From Pseudomonadota bacterium (GTDB lineage: Bacteria; Pseudomonadota; Gammaproteobacteria; Burkholderiales; UBA11063), in assembly GCA_003962985.1 (NCBI GenBank), contig RXKA01000058.1, positions 11,051-75,050 of the forward strand: 64,000 nt of DNA. Reading direction: 5' to 3'. Positions within the stretch are counted from its first letter, which is position 1; every line of letters begins with the position of its first letter. The notes below the pieces were generated by a model. It was not told the DNA's origin, searched no databases, and saw only the letters and a list, made by a program, of their open reading frames with translations. Made by a program: the position numbers and the translations under genes. Below, piece after piece: positions 13,569-24,126 of this stretch.

Positions 13569-14180
13569 TTAACGCATCTGTAGAATCAGATTAATCATAT
13601 TTTCTGCAATATTTGCATTGTCAAATGCTTTTCTTGCTTCATCAGGAGCGTTACTGTGTAAAGATAAATTTTGTGTAATACTAATTAACAATATCCAGAC
13701 AAAAACAGGATTCACATGTGCTCGATTGGTTCGCTCATAATACAATGTGAATAGATTTATAAAATATGGTGTAATGAAATTTACAGCCCGTTCAAAATGT
13801 ACTTTAACTTCAGGAAATCGTTGCGACACCGTCTCATAAAAGAAAATCTGCGTGCCATTTATACCATTATCAGAGCTAAACCAAGCATAAAACCGATTCA
13901 CCGTTTCTTTAATCGTTGCTTCTAATTCAGAAACAGACTGCCGCTGTAATTCACTCTCATCAAATCTCGTAAAATGTTCCAATAAAATATCAGTAACATA
14001 CCCAACTACCGCGATGTAGTACTGTTTTTTACCACCAAAATAATAAGATATTAATGAGCTATTTAATCCCGTATATTCACTAATCTGACGGATAGTCACG
14101 CTATCATAGCCATTCCTACCAAATAACTCCAGACCGCTTTCCAATAATGTTTGTAATGTTTTTACTTTATTTTGATTCAT
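13569..14180 (-). CDS. TetR/AcrR-family transcriptional regulator
   Basis: N-terminal HTH GLELFGRNGYDSVTIRQISEYTGLNSSLISYYFGGK. Confidence 0.92.
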   Translation of the reverse strand: MNQNKVKTLQTLLESGLELFGRNGYDSVTIRQISEYTGLNSSLISYYFGGKKQYYIAVVGYVTDILLEHFTRFDESELQRQSVSELEATIKETVNRFYAWFSSDNGINGTQIFFYETVSQRFPEVKVHFERAVNFITPYFINLFTLYYERTNRAHVNPVFVWILLISITQNLSLHSNAPDEARKAFDNANIAENMINLILQMR

Positions 14181-14310
14181 TTTATTTTATTACCCTAGAT
14201 GGTTAAGGTTTATTCTTCAGTCCACTTAATTTTAAATTGTAAGTTAACTATTATAGCCACATAGTTTTAGTTTTGCAAGAATATACATCCCAAGCACATA
14301 AATAATACAG

Positions 14311-14384
14311 ATTTAATCAATTAAACATTTGATTAAATATTGATAGTTTAAAGATGGTTACCACTTTATTAATCAAATGTTTAA
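14311..14384. promoter_or_regulatory. Nested inverted repeats, candidate TetR operators
   Basis: atttaatcaa-N8-ttgattaaat (14311-14338) and a perfect 16-bp pair ttaaacatttgattaa (14321-14336) / ttaatcaaatgtttaa (14369-14384) in the divergent promoter region. Confidence 0.55.
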
Positions 14385-14454
14385 AATATTATGCTAAAAA
14401 GGTTATTTTAAAGATACTAAATTAAGGGTACAATCGTTATAAGGGTCTATTTTA

Positions 14455-17400
14455 ATGAAAAACATAAACAATTTAACCATCTGGAAATATTTGGTTTTAT
14501 GCATAACATCCATCGCATTCATTGGTTGCAGTAGTGGTAAATGTAACACTGCCTCAGCAAATCAAACGAGTAATTTATCAATAAGTGTGCCAACTAGCTA
14601 CCCCGCAGGTATGGCAGTCGATGTGCCAGTTGTTGTTAATAACAACGGGGCTACCTCAGTCAGTGGTTTACATTATGCGGTTATTAATGACACAACCGCT
14701 GGAAATGTTACTATCACACCCGACAGTGCTAAAACATGCCTAACTATCCCCGCTGGACAACACTGTACATTAATGGCACACGTAGCAAGTACATCTCATG
14801 CGGGTAGTTTTACCATTGCAGTAAATGATTCTTCTGCGAATAAAACAACCCTCTCGACAACATATAAATTAACTTCAAATGTAATTGGTCTAGTACAAAA
14901 ACCAGTAGCTACTACAGAGTCAGGTGGTAATGGTATTGTTACTTTCTACCCTAATCAAGTTGTAGCAAATGAATCGGGTGTTACCCAAGTTATAATTACT
15001 GCATTCGTCAATTCAACCAGTATTGGTAATTACACTAATATAATTTTGACTGATTCAGCTGGTAATCCATTACCGAGTAGTAGTTATAGTATCGTGAGCA
15101 GTAACGTTAATAATAATCTTACAACAAATAGTATTGTTTCATTTTTGGTGAATATTCCAGCAGGAAGTAGTCAATTTCAATTTAATGTTGCAACAACTCA
15201 AAATGGTAATAACATCGCAGTTGCTAATAACTCTCAAACTATAGTTATAACGAATAGTCAACAACAAGTTGGGATTTTGGCAGTTGCACCAAATTATTTC
15301 ACCTTAAATTCTAGTTATGAAAGTCAAATCATAACACTATCAAATACAGGAAATAGCTCGTTAACCACCCTAAATATTACACCTAATTCACCATTAGAAA
15401 AAGTAACTAGTGATTGCGGCAGTCAATTAGCAGCAGGTGCAAGTTGCAGATATATTGTGACGTTTAATAAAAATAGTGAGATTTCTGGTACAACTACAAT
15501 TTTATTTGATTATAATGATGGTCAACAAGCCAGAAATTCTACCGCGACAGTTAATTATCAAGGCATTATCCCACTAGCTGGTTTGGAAATTACCAGTAGC
15601 AATAGTAACTTTGACTTTACAACTCGCACTAACACGCCGACGCAAACGAATATTGTTACCCTAAAAAACACCGGTTCAGTAGCTGAAAGTAATTTTCAAT
15701 TTACTAATTTACCAAATTATTTTAGTATCAATACAACCAATATCGCGAATCCATGTACCCATGCATTAGCACCGCAAGAAAGTTGTAGCGTTAATTTAGT
15801 TTATACCAATAATCTAATTACTCCTGAAACTACTGCGACTATTGTATTAAACTACACTTATGGCAAAGCTAATATTTCAGCAAGTAGCAATATTGCGTTG
15901 ACTTATCAAACCTTACAATCGCAAGCAATATTAGCTCTACAACAAACCACGCAACTTAATTCAATTTATAATAACAATAGTGAATCAAGTAGTGCACGTA
16001 TAGTTGTGACCAATACAGGTGATGAATCAGCTACTAATTTAGCACCATTATTTGCTGGTACAGATGCAGGATTATTTAATATTCTTGCCAATGGTTGTAG
16101 TAGTAATCTAGCACCAAATAGCTCAGAATCATGCATTATGCAATTTGGACCAGCATCAAGTTCAGTCAGTGCTGGCACAAAAAATGCGACATTTAATCTC
16201 TCATACATCGCTTATCCAAGTGCACAAACAACCATTGCTACATTGGATGTAGCAGGAATTGTTAATACAGCCCAATCAGCAGTAATCAGTGAAAGTGCAT
16301 CAGGTAACTCTGGTTTTAGTAGTGGCAATGGCACTTCGGCAACTCCATATACAGTTGATCAAAATGCAGCAGCACCAACCGTGACCTATACCATTACAAA
16401 TACAGGTAGTGTCGATGCAACTAGCTTTTATATTTCAGGCACGCCAAGCGCAGGATGGACTATTGCTACCAATAACTGCGGAACTAACCTTAGTAAGGTC
16501 ACTCTAGCAGCCAATACTGGTTCATGTACCATAACTCTAAGCCTGAGTACTTCCACGGCAACTACCCGTAATTTAGACATTAGTTCATTAACTGCGAACT
16601 GGATTGATCAAGATAGTCCGTCTGGACAAACTCAGGCACTATCAGGAACAATTTATGCGACAGTAAACTCTACCGCGCTACCAGCCAATATTGTGGTTAA
16701 TAATGTTAGCACTACTGGATTTATTTCTAATAGTGAGAGCGATGGAACTAGCGCTGCCCCTCTTGCACTAAAATACAATGCTAATCAAGAAAGCATGGCA
16801 ACACTGAGTATTCAATACCAAAATAGTGGTGGCTCTGATGCAACTGGTTTTACTAGTAATTTAGCCATATTCCCAAGTGGTTGGTCACTAGATACTCATG
16901 GATGTAATAATATTACTCTCACGAAAGAATCAGGGAATAGCTGTACGGATGTATATAAATTTAGTTCCAATGCAGAAAGCGCGGCATTACAAAAAGTAAA
17001 CGGTGCATATCCGACTAATTTTAATAGTAGTAACATCAAGTTTAGTTGGAATGACGGAACAAGTCATAGTAATCAATCCGTGGATCTCCCAGCAGGCACA
17101 CATAATACAAATAATATAGTTTATACCAACTACTTTCTAACTATATTTGTATCTAATACTACCCATAATGCTAATTTTGCAACAGCAATAGATATCACGG
17201 GTGCTCAATCTGGAAAACCTATTTATAATGCAGACATGCTTTGTGCCAATGACAGCAATAAACCCAATGATGGCTATATTTACAAAGCACTGATTGCCTA
17301 TGGCAATGATCTAAACAACGTGGCTCTAGGTGAGAAACGCTTTGCCTGTGGGGGTAATTTTAATACAGGAATATGTAGTGGTCCAGATGTAACGAGTGGA

Positions 17401-17814
17401 TATGACTGGGTATTACAGCCTAGTTATGTGCAATATCGCAGTGATAATAGCAATAATCTAAATATTGTTGGAACCACTGATGCTACCTACGGCTATATCT
17501 ATAGCTATAAAAATAATTTTGGCACGGCCGCCAGTACCATTGTCTGGACTGGATTAAGCAATACAGGTTATAACCCATCAGCTACACCACCGTCATATAA
17601 TTATAATTGGATGTCACCAGAAAGTCAAGCGACAGGAAATTTAAGTTGTACTGGTTGGATCGATAGTGATTCTGATAACAGAGGGAGAGTTGCGGACGCT
17701 GGAGGACTTCCATCATATAACCGCATTTATTCATTGAATGTTAGAGCTTGCAATAGTACATATGCGTTATATTGTGTACAACAATTGGCAGTACAACCGC
17801 AACCGCCGCAATAA
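14455..17814 (+). CDS. Large surface lipoprotein with Ig-like repeats and a C-terminal DUF1554/endostatin-like domain
   Basis: Lipobox AFIGC; repeated Asn/Ser/Thr-rich beta modules (TLxNxG...C...L...xSC); C-terminus ADMLCAND..YKALI..RFAC..DWVLQP..VWTGL..LYCVQQ resembles DUF1554. Confidence 0.75.
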   Translation: MKNINNLTIWKYLVLCITSIAFIGCSSGKCNTASANQTSNLSISVPTSYPAGMAVDVPVVVNNNGATSVSGLHYAVINDTTAGNVTITPDSAKTCLTIPAGQHCTLMAHVASTSHAGSFTIAVNDSSANKTTLSTTYKLTSNVIGLVQKPVATTESGGNGIVTFYPNQVVANESGVTQVIITAFVNSTSIGNYTNIILTDSAGNPLPSSSYSIVSSNVNNNLTTNSIVSFLVNIPAGSSQFQFNVATTQNGNNIAVANNSQTIVITNSQQQVGILAVAPNYFTLNSSYESQIITLSNTGNSSLTTLNITPNSPLEKVTSDCGSQLAAGASCRYIVTFNKNSEISGTTTILFDYNDGQQARNSTATVNYQGIIPLAGLEITSSNSNFDFTTRTNTPTQTNIVTLKNTGSVAESNFQFTNLPNYFSINTTNIANPCTHALAPQESCSVNLVYTNNLITPETTATIVLNYTYGKANISASSNIALTYQTLQSQAILALQQTTQLNSIYNNNSESSSARIVVTNTGDESATNLAPLFAGTDAGLFNILANGCSSNLAPNSSESCIMQFGPASSSVSAGTKNATFNLSYIAYPSAQTTIATLDVAGIVNTAQSAVISESASGNSGFSSGNGTSATPYTVDQNAAAPTVTYTITNTGSVDATSFYISGTPSAGWTIATNNCGTNLSKVTLAANTGSCTITLSLSTSTATTRNLDISSLTANWIDQDSPSGQTQALSGTIYATVNSTALPANIVVNNVSTTGFISNSESDGTSAAPLALKYNANQESMATLSIQYQNSGGSDATGFTSNLAIFPSGWSLDTHGCNNITLTKESGNSCTDVYKFSSNAESAALQKVNGAYPTNFNSSNIKFSWNDGTSHSNQSVDLPAGTHNTNNIVYTNYFLTIFVSNTTHNANFATAIDITGAQSGKPIYNADMLCANDSNKPNDGYIYKALIAYGNDLNNVALGEKRFACGGNFNTGICSGPDVTSGYDWVLQPSYVQYRSDNSNNLNIVGTTDATYGYIYSYKNNFGTAASTIVWTGLSNTGYNPSATPPSYNYNWMSPESQATGNLSCTGWIDSDSDNRGRVADAGGLPSYNRIYSLNVRACNSTYALYCVQQLAVQPQPPQ

Positions 17815-17827
17815 TACAATAGGTAAC

Positions 17828-17860
17828 AAAAACCCCAACGAAGAATTCGTTGGGATTTTT
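17828..17860. terminator. Bidirectional terminator
   Basis: cccaacgaa-gaa-ttcgttggg flanked by A and T runs, between convergent genes. Confidence 0.8.
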
Positions 17861-17880
17861 CTATTTCAAGTTAAAAATAG

Positions 17881-18423
17881 TTATTTTTTAACTGCATTTT
17901 TAACTGCATTAACTGTTGCACTAGTAGCAGCGTTAATGTTGTTATTCGCAAACTCACTAACTTGTGATGCAACTTTGCTCATCGCCGCTAATGCTTGGTT
18001 AGCACTATCAATCCATGTTTTAACAGAATCTGATGCAGCTTGCGAACCAGAAGGATTATATTTAGATAAACCTTCTACTGAATTTAACGCCGCTTGTTGA
18101 GCATTCGCTAAATTCTCTTCAGCAACTTTACCAATTTTAGCGCGCACTTCACTTACTACATCATAAATATCACGTGCTGATGCAATATTTTTCTCAACTG
18201 CTTGAGTAGCCATTTCAGTTACACGACCTAAAACTTCTTTAGTATCACTTACGTTAGCTAAATCTTTTAATGTCTTAGTTGTTTCTTCCAAAATTTGGCG
18301 TGAAGTTTCTAATTGAATGTGTGTCAATTTCTCTACGCTGTGAATCGAAGCAGTAACTAAATCCATAGCTGTATCAATTGCTTTTTGAGCTTCTAATTTT
18401 ACTTGTTCATTTTGCTTAAACAT
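17881..18423 (-). CDS. phaP: Phasin (PHA granule protein)
   Basis: 180-aa Ala-rich amphipathic helical protein (VEKLTHIQLETSRQILEE), divergent from phaR. Confidence 0.85.
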   Translation of the reverse strand: MFKQNEQVKLEAQKAIDTAMDLVTASIHSVEKLTHIQLETSRQILEETTKTLKDLANVSDTKEVLGRVTEMATQAVEKNIASARDIYDVVSEVRAKIGKVAEENLANAQQAALNSVEGLSKYNPSGSQAASDSVKTWIDSANQALAAMSKVASQVSEFANNNINAATSATVNAVKNAVKK

Positions 18424-18542
18424 AATTTAATCTCCTAGATGTTATGTTAAAATACTTGACTATATGGAGTGCATATAAACACTTAATGTGCTATAATAAC
18501 GAAGCAAATAGCTAAGTTTTATTAATTCTACAGACAATATTA

Positions 18543-18560
18543 TTGTGCAGTGCAGCATAA
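18543..18560. promoter_or_regulatory. Candidate PhaR operator
   Basis: ttgtgcagtgcagcataa, a TGC-repeat motif of the kind PhaR is known to bind, between divergent phaP and phaR. Confidence 0.6.
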
Positions 18561-18605
18561 TTTGTCAAATTTATTTTTGCACTCGATTTATTTTTTTGGA
18601 GCAAC

Positions 18606-19181
18606 ATGAAGAGAACAGGTGAACTTAGAATCATAAAAAAATATCAAAACAGGAGGTTATATGATACAGCAACTAGTACGTATATCATCCTAGAAGATAT
18701 AAAACAAATGATTATAGATGGTGATAAAGTCAAGGTCATGGATGCAAAAACCGAGCGTGATGTAACTCGTACCGTCCTGTTACAAATTATTTTGGAAGAA
18801 GAAGCGAATGCGACGCCAATTTTTTCGGATGAGTTCCTCTTGCAAATTATTCGGTTTTATGGCAAGGCATTCCAACCTGCTATCAGTCCATTTTTGGAGC
18901 AAGGCATTGATATGCTCAGACAAACGCAAAAGCGCTTTTATGCACAATTGCGCGCAACTAATCCAAAGGAATCGATGTCATCAGGAATGGAACGCTGGAA
19001 AGAATTTTGGAACATGAATGGTCCAGATGTTCAACAAAATATATTTGAGTATCTAACTTCAAGCACCAGTCAATTTATTCAGATGCAAGAAAATGTTCAG
19101 GAGCAATTACAAACTCAAACTGAAAATATCCTGAATATGATTAATATGACATTTAATACTAACAAAGGAAAAAAATCTTAA
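18606..19181 (+). CDS. phaR: Polyhydroxyalkanoate synthesis repressor
   Basis: [42 protein letters not shown]-terminal signature. Confidence 0.95.
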   Translation: MKRTGELRIIKKYQNRRLYDTATSTYIILEDIKQMIIDGDKVKVMDAKTERDVTRTVLLQIILEEEANATPIFSDEFLLQIIRFYGKAFQPAISPFLEQGIDMLRQTQKRFYAQLRATNPKESMSSGMERWKEFWNMNGPDVQQNIFEYLTSSTSQFIQMQENVQEQLQTQTENILNMINMTFNTNKGKKS

Positions 19182-20494
19182 TGGCTAACATCGGGTTTGT
19201 TTCACTAGGTTGTCCCAAAGCACTAGTAGATTCAGAGAATATTTTAACTGCATTAAAAGCAGAAGGCTACAATATTGTAAATTCGTATAGTGATGCAGAA
19301 TTGGTAGTGGTGAATACCTGCGGTTTTATTGATTCGGCGGTTGAAGAATCAATGAATGCAATTGGTGAAGCATTAAAAGAAAACGGTAAAGTTATCGTAA
19401 CAGGTTGTCTTGGTGCCAAAGAAGGAGTAATTGAAACTAAATATCCTAATGTGCTTGGCGTTACAGGACCACATGCTACTCAGGAAATTTTGACCTTAAT
19501 TCACAAATATGTACCTAAACCACATGATCCATTTACTGATTTAGTTCCACCACAGGGTGTAAAGCTCACCCCGCAACACTATGCATATTTAAAAATTTCT
19601 GAGGGATGTAACAATACTTGCTCTTTCTGTATTATTCCAAGTATGCGTGGTAAATTAGATTCATATCCGATTGGTGATGTTTTAGGTCAGGCACAAAAAT
19701 TAGTTGCCGCAGGGGTTAAAGAAATTCTTGTAGTCTCACAAGATACGGGGGCGTATGGTGTTGATAAGAAATATGTAACTGGTTTTCATAATGGACGCCC
19801 TGTCAAAACTAAATTTATTGACTTATGTAATGAATTAGCGAAATTAGATGTATGGGTAAGGTTACACTATGTATATCCGTATCCGCATATTGATGAAATT
19901 ATCCCATTGATGGCAGCAGGCAAAATTCTACCGTATTTGGATATTCCATTCCAACATGCTAGTCCACGAATACTTAAAGCAATGAAACGTCCAGGTAATG
20001 TGGATGGTTTATTAGAGCGGATTAAGTCTTGGCGTGAAATTTGTCCAGATTTAGCTATTCGTAGTACATTTATCGTTGGTTTTCCTGGTGAAACTGAAGA
20101 AGACTTTCAAATGTTACTTGATTTTCTGACTGTTGCTCAATTAGAAAAGGTTGGTTGCTTCAAATATTCACCTGTCGATGGTGCGCCAGCAAATGAATTA
20201 GCAGAGCATATTCCTGACGAAATTCAAGAAGAGCGTTATCACCGTTTCATGCAGCACCAACAGGCAATTAGTTTAGCCAAATTACAAGCTAAAGTTGGTA
20301 CTCACATGGACATTATTATTGATGAAGTTAGTCGTAAATTTATTATTGGACGCAGTAAATATGATGCTCCAGAGATTGATGGTTTAGTCTATATCAAGAA
20401 TATGGGACAATACGAAACTATCCAAGTTGGCGATATCATTAAGGTTGAAATTATTGATAGTAAAGATTACGATCTATACGCTCGTCCAGTATAA
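19181..20494 (+). CDS. rimO: Ribosomal protein S12 methylthiotransferase
   Basis: [13 protein letters not shown], radical-SAM [20 protein letters not shown]; TAATG overlap with phaR. Confidence 0.97.
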   Translation: MANIGFVSLGCPKALVDSENILTALKAEGYNIVNSYSDAELVVVNTCGFIDSAVEESMNAIGEALKENGKVIVTGCLGAKEGVIETKYPNVLGVTGPHATQEILTLIHKYVPKPHDPFTDLVPPQGVKLTPQHYAYLKISEGCNNTCSFCIIPSMRGKLDSYPIGDVLGQAQKLVAAGVKEILVVSQDTGAYGVDKKYVTGFHNGRPVKTKFIDLCNELAKLDVWVRLHYVYPYPHIDEIIPLMAAGKILPYLDIPFQHASPRILKAMKRPGNVDGLLERIKSWREICPDLAIRSTFIVGFPGETEEDFQMLLDFLTVAQLEKVGCFKYSPVDGAPANELAEHIPDEIQEERYHRFMQHQQAISLAKLQAKVGTHMDIIIDEVSRKFIIGRSKYDAPEIDGLVYIKNMGQYETIQVGDIIKVEIIDSKDYDLYARPV

Positions 20495-20524
20495 AAAAAG
20501 CATCCATAAGGATGCTTTTTTTAT
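20491..20524. terminator. Bidirectional terminator
   Basis: Perfect 15-bp inverted repeat ataaaaaaagcatcc-ataa-ggatgctttttttat. Confidence 0.9.
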
Positions 20525-20542
20525 ACATAGCAATGTACTCAA

Positions 20543-20905
20543 TTATTCGCCAGTTTCAGGCTTATCTTCACTATTGATATCTGGTTCTGTACCAGAAAAT
20601 AAATCAAAAATTGTCTTATGATTAGTTATTATATCGATGCATGAGCCAACATAGCTTAATAAGTTACCAAACGTACCAGCGCTTAACAAAATTGCGAGAA
20701 TTTTAAAACTCCAATGATGATTACCAAGTGCTGTTCCAAGTACGGCTATGCTTGAGAAGTGTTCAGAAATAATTCCATAAGTAGCAACAATCCCGCCCAA
20801 AAACACTCCAAATAAAATCGCTAAGTCACGATTATTAAGATGACGAACTCTTTTATGTAATTTTTTATGTGGAAATTTAGTATAAATAGACATGATGTAC
20901 TCCAT
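20543..20905 (-). CDS. Small hypothetical membrane protein (2 TM)
   Basis: Two hydrophobic segments, basic N-terminus, acidic tail; no family recognised. Confidence 0.55.
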   Translation of the reverse strand: MEYIMSIYTKFPHKKLHKRVRHLNNRDLAILFGVFLGGIVATYGIISEHFSSIAVLGTALGNHHWSFKILAILLSAGTFGNLLSYVGSCIDIITNHKTIFDLFSGTEPDINSEDKPETGE

Positions 20906-20997
20906 CCAAAATAATTTATTTTAGTATACAGGAGTCATTAGCAATCGAATGCGGTTAAAGGCGAACCCCATCGCCTATAACCGATATTATAACAAAT

Positions 20998-22557
20998 TTA
21001 TTTGTCGTTTGCAGCTAATTCGCGCAATTCGCGTTTTAAAATTTTACCTGTCGCATTACGAGGTAGTTTCTCCATAAAATATACTTTACGAGGCTGCTTA
21101 AATGGAGCAAGCAATGGTTTCAAAAAGTCTTTAAACTCTTTCTCGGTTGCCGTTACACCCTCTTTTAATTCGACATATGCAACGGGTGTCTCGTTAGCTT
21201 CGATATCTTTTACACCAACTACAGCACACGCTTGCACTTTTTCATGTGTATAGAAAAATTCTTCAATTTCACGCGGATAGATATTCATACCTTTATTAAT
21301 AATCAAATCCTTGATACGATCAATAATAAATACATAACCATCGCTATCAATATAGCCGATATCGCCAGTTTTAAACCAACCATTCACAATAGTATCAGCA
21401 GTATCATTGGGACGATTATAATACCCAAGCATAACGCAATCACCTTGTACGCAGATTTCACCAATCTCACCACGTGGTAGCTGCTGCATATTTTCATCAA
21501 ATGTTTCTAAAACGAATGTTGGAAGTGCACGCCCCACTGAACCAAATTTATTTGCCCACGGTTGATTTAATGCCACACCAGATGCGCACTCACTAAGTCC
21601 GTATCCCTGCACTAATTTACCACGTTTGAAACTCGCACTAAACCGTTTAATTACATCGTCTGATAATGGGGCTGCCCCAGAAACCCAGCCTTTGACATTA
21701 TGAAACCAATGAAAATACCATGGTAATTTTGCGCGTGCCATGGCGCTAAATATATCAGGTACCCCCGCAAAATAGCGGCAACGATGAACTAAAAGTAATT
21801 TTAATAGATTAGCAAAATCTTTTTTAGTCGCAATACTTCTTACTATTACAACACTACTCCGACAAGCAATCGGTAACAAAATCGTTACCGCCAATGTAAA
21901 CGCATGGAACATTGGCAAATAACAAATCATTTTGGCTTGCCCATCTTTCATCCTGAAATGTTTAATTCCATTATATGCTACCGCTAATAAATTCTTAAAG
22001 CTTAACATCGCGCCCTTCGGTTTACCAGTTGTACCACTGGTATAAATAATCACCGCTAACTCATTAATATTATCGGTAACTAATTCAGAAGCACCATCGA
22101 CGGCAATAAATTTATCATAATCAAGGTTAATTTCATTCTCTAGTGGTGCACCATCTACCCAAATAATTTTTTCTGGATAAGATACCAAAGTCAGCCCAGC
22201 TACCTCTTTTGAATATTTTGCTGAAGCAAATAATAGTTTAGATTGCGAATCAGTCAATATATACGCTAATTCATCACGTTTTAAGAAATTATTTACCGGT
22301 ACTGCCACCGCACCTATTTTGGTAATCGCAAATAAATTGACGATAAATTCTGGCGAATTAGCAATTACTAACGCCACCTTATCACCACGCGTAATACCCA
22401 AATTAGCTAAAGCATTCGCAACAGTATCAACCTTACGCAAAAACTCAAGATTAGTTATTTTATTCTCACCATCGATTAATGCTGGATAACTTGGATCTTT
22501 GGATACATTTTGCAATAAAATTTCATAAAAATTATTAACTGGATAACCGCTTGACAT
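20998..22557 (-). CDS. Long-chain fatty acid--CoA ligase (paralog 1)
   Basis: YTSGTTGKPKG, QGYGLSE, GWFKTGDIG and LPRNATGKILK adenylate-forming motifs. Confidence 0.93.
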   Translation of the reverse strand: MSSGYPVNNFYEILLQNVSKDPSYPALIDGENKITNLEFLRKVDTVANALANLGITRGDKVALVIANSPEFIVNLFAITKIGAVAVPVNNFLKRDELAYILTDSQSKLLFASAKYSKEVAGLTLVSYPEKIIWVDGAPLENEINLDYDKFIAVDGASELVTDNINELAVIIYTSGTTGKPKGAMLSFKNLLAVAYNGIKHFRMKDGQAKMICYLPMFHAFTLAVTILLPIACRSSVVIVRSIATKKDFANLLKLLLVHRCRYFAGVPDIFSAMARAKLPWYFHWFHNVKGWVSGAAPLSDDVIKRFSASFKRGKLVQGYGLSECASGVALNQPWANKFGSVGRALPTFVLETFDENMQQLPRGEIGEICVQGDCVMLGYYNRPNDTADTIVNGWFKTGDIGYIDSDGYVFIIDRIKDLIINKGMNIYPREIEEFFYTHEKVQACAVVGVKDIEANETPVAYVELKEGVTATEKEFKDFLKPLLAPFKQPRKVYFMEKLPRNATGKILKRELRELAANDK

Positions 22558-22892
22558 TCTACACCCTCATATATGAATAATTACAGCTAAATATAATTAT
22601 AATCAATATGATAGTTAATCGCTAACTTTTATCATAAGCTAGACTAGCAAACTACAGTAACCAACTATTACCGAAGTATCAATTCCTCACTCACTACATT
22701 AGATTGGGGTATAAATAATTAAAATAGCAAGTGGGTATAACACTTTCATCTGCAAAATTTAATCAATTTTTCTGCCACTAATTAACTGTAATTAATAATT
22801 ATTTTTTATATAAATTAACTTAAGCAATTTAAACCTAAGGTCTATGCATTATAACTATACAATCATGGAGTTATCTAACTTATGAGGCTTAT

Positions 22893-23687
22893 ATGAAAAA
22901 AATTATCGTATCTCTTTTAGTACTAAATTCAATTGCAGCATATGCAAATGAACCAATTTGTGCACCAACGTCTGAAAGTATGGAGTTAAAACAAGCAGTA
23001 AAATGGTATCGTAATTCTGCTGAAAGAAATGCACTCTATCACCAAGCATATAACCTAGGAACACTATATGTTGAACAATGGGTGAATAAGAACAAACCTC
23101 AGCCCAAAACATGGGGTGTGGTACTGGATATTGATGAGACTACCTTGGATAATTCATGGTACTTTAGAGCATGTAATGATATTGCTCATGATGAATCAAT
23201 ATTTAGTCACTATGTAGCAAATCCACAAAAATCAACAGCATTACCGGGTGTAAAAGAGTTTCTGGATAAAGTGCATAGTTTAGGTGGTTATGTGACGCTG
23301 GTATCTAATCGTGATGGTGCATTTAAAGATAGTAGCGGTAGTGTCATGGATAGTACGATTGCCAACTTGAAACAAGAAAAAATCTATTTTGATCAGGTAC
23401 TCCTTGCCAATCATCGAGATTCTAAAACACCAAGCAATAAAAATCCACGTTTCAATGCAGTAATTACGGGTAATTATGATGCTTCGCAAATGGTATGGTC
23501 AAATAAACTTCCTGCCCATAAAGTAATCGCATTCTTTGGTGATAATATCCAAGATTTCCCGACCTTCAAGCAACAACAAATGGATAAATTAGACATTAAT
23601 GATAAAACCTACAACATTTTTGGTAATGGCTATTTTATTCTTCCTAATCCAATCTATGGCAGCTGGGTTGCTAATCAATATAACTAA
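22893..23687 (+). CDS. Class C acid phosphatase / 5'-nucleotidase, e(P4)-like HAD family
   Basis: Signal peptide; VVLDIDETTLDNS, VSNR, FGDNIQDF and LPNPIYGSW. Confidence 0.9.
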   Translation: MKKIIVSLLVLNSIAAYANEPICAPTSESMELKQAVKWYRNSAERNALYHQAYNLGTLYVEQWVNKNKPQPKTWGVVLDIDETTLDNSWYFRACNDIAHDESIFSHYVANPQKSTALPGVKEFLDKVHSLGGYVTLVSNRDGAFKDSSGSVMDSTIANLKQEKIYFDQVLLANHRDSKTPSNKNPRFNAVITGNYDASQMVWSNKLPAHKVIAFFGDNIQDFPTFKQQQMDKLDINDKTYNIFGNGYFILPNPIYGSWVANQYN

Positions 23688-23714
23688 AAATAACGGCAGT
23701 TTGCCGTTATTTTT
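23686..23714. terminator. Bidirectional terminator
   Basis: aaaaataacggca-gtt-tgccgttattttt, perfect 13-bp inverted repeat. Confidence 0.88.
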
Positions 23715-24045
23715 TTGTTCGTTTAGCTTTGGGCTTCGCTGAGTATTGTAGCTCATGATAAGTAACTCTAATTAATTCGCTTATCAACTGGTGATGTTCC
23801 AACTCTTCTCCCCCAATTAATAAATGTGGCTTGGCATTAGGATAAGGTATCCCATATTCGCATTCACCAATCAATTCTTGCCCCGCAGTAGTTGGCTTAA
23901 CAAAGAATAAGTCATCACAGATTAAAGCAACAAAGACATTATTACAATAGATTCCATATTCACCAAACTTCTTTTTGGCAGTTATGTCACCAGCACTGCT
24001 AATCTGGTCGAGAATATATTCAAGCGTAGTTTTATTTGTTGCCAT
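23707..24045 (-). CDS. TfoX/Sxy N-terminal domain protein
   Basis: ITAKKKFGEYGIYCNNVFVALICDDLFFVKPT...PYPNAKP. Confidence 0.88.
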   Translation of the reverse strand: MATNKTTLEYILDQISSAGDITAKKKFGEYGIYCNNVFVALICDDLFFVKPTTAGQELIGECEYGIPYPNAKPHLLIGGEELEHHQLISELIRVTYHELQYSAKPKAKRTKK

Positions 24046-24126
24046 AGTTATTCTTTATTCCGTAAGATTAAGTTGTAATCCAATAATATTGAAATTTATG
24101 ATTGTTACTACTCCATTTGAGAATAT

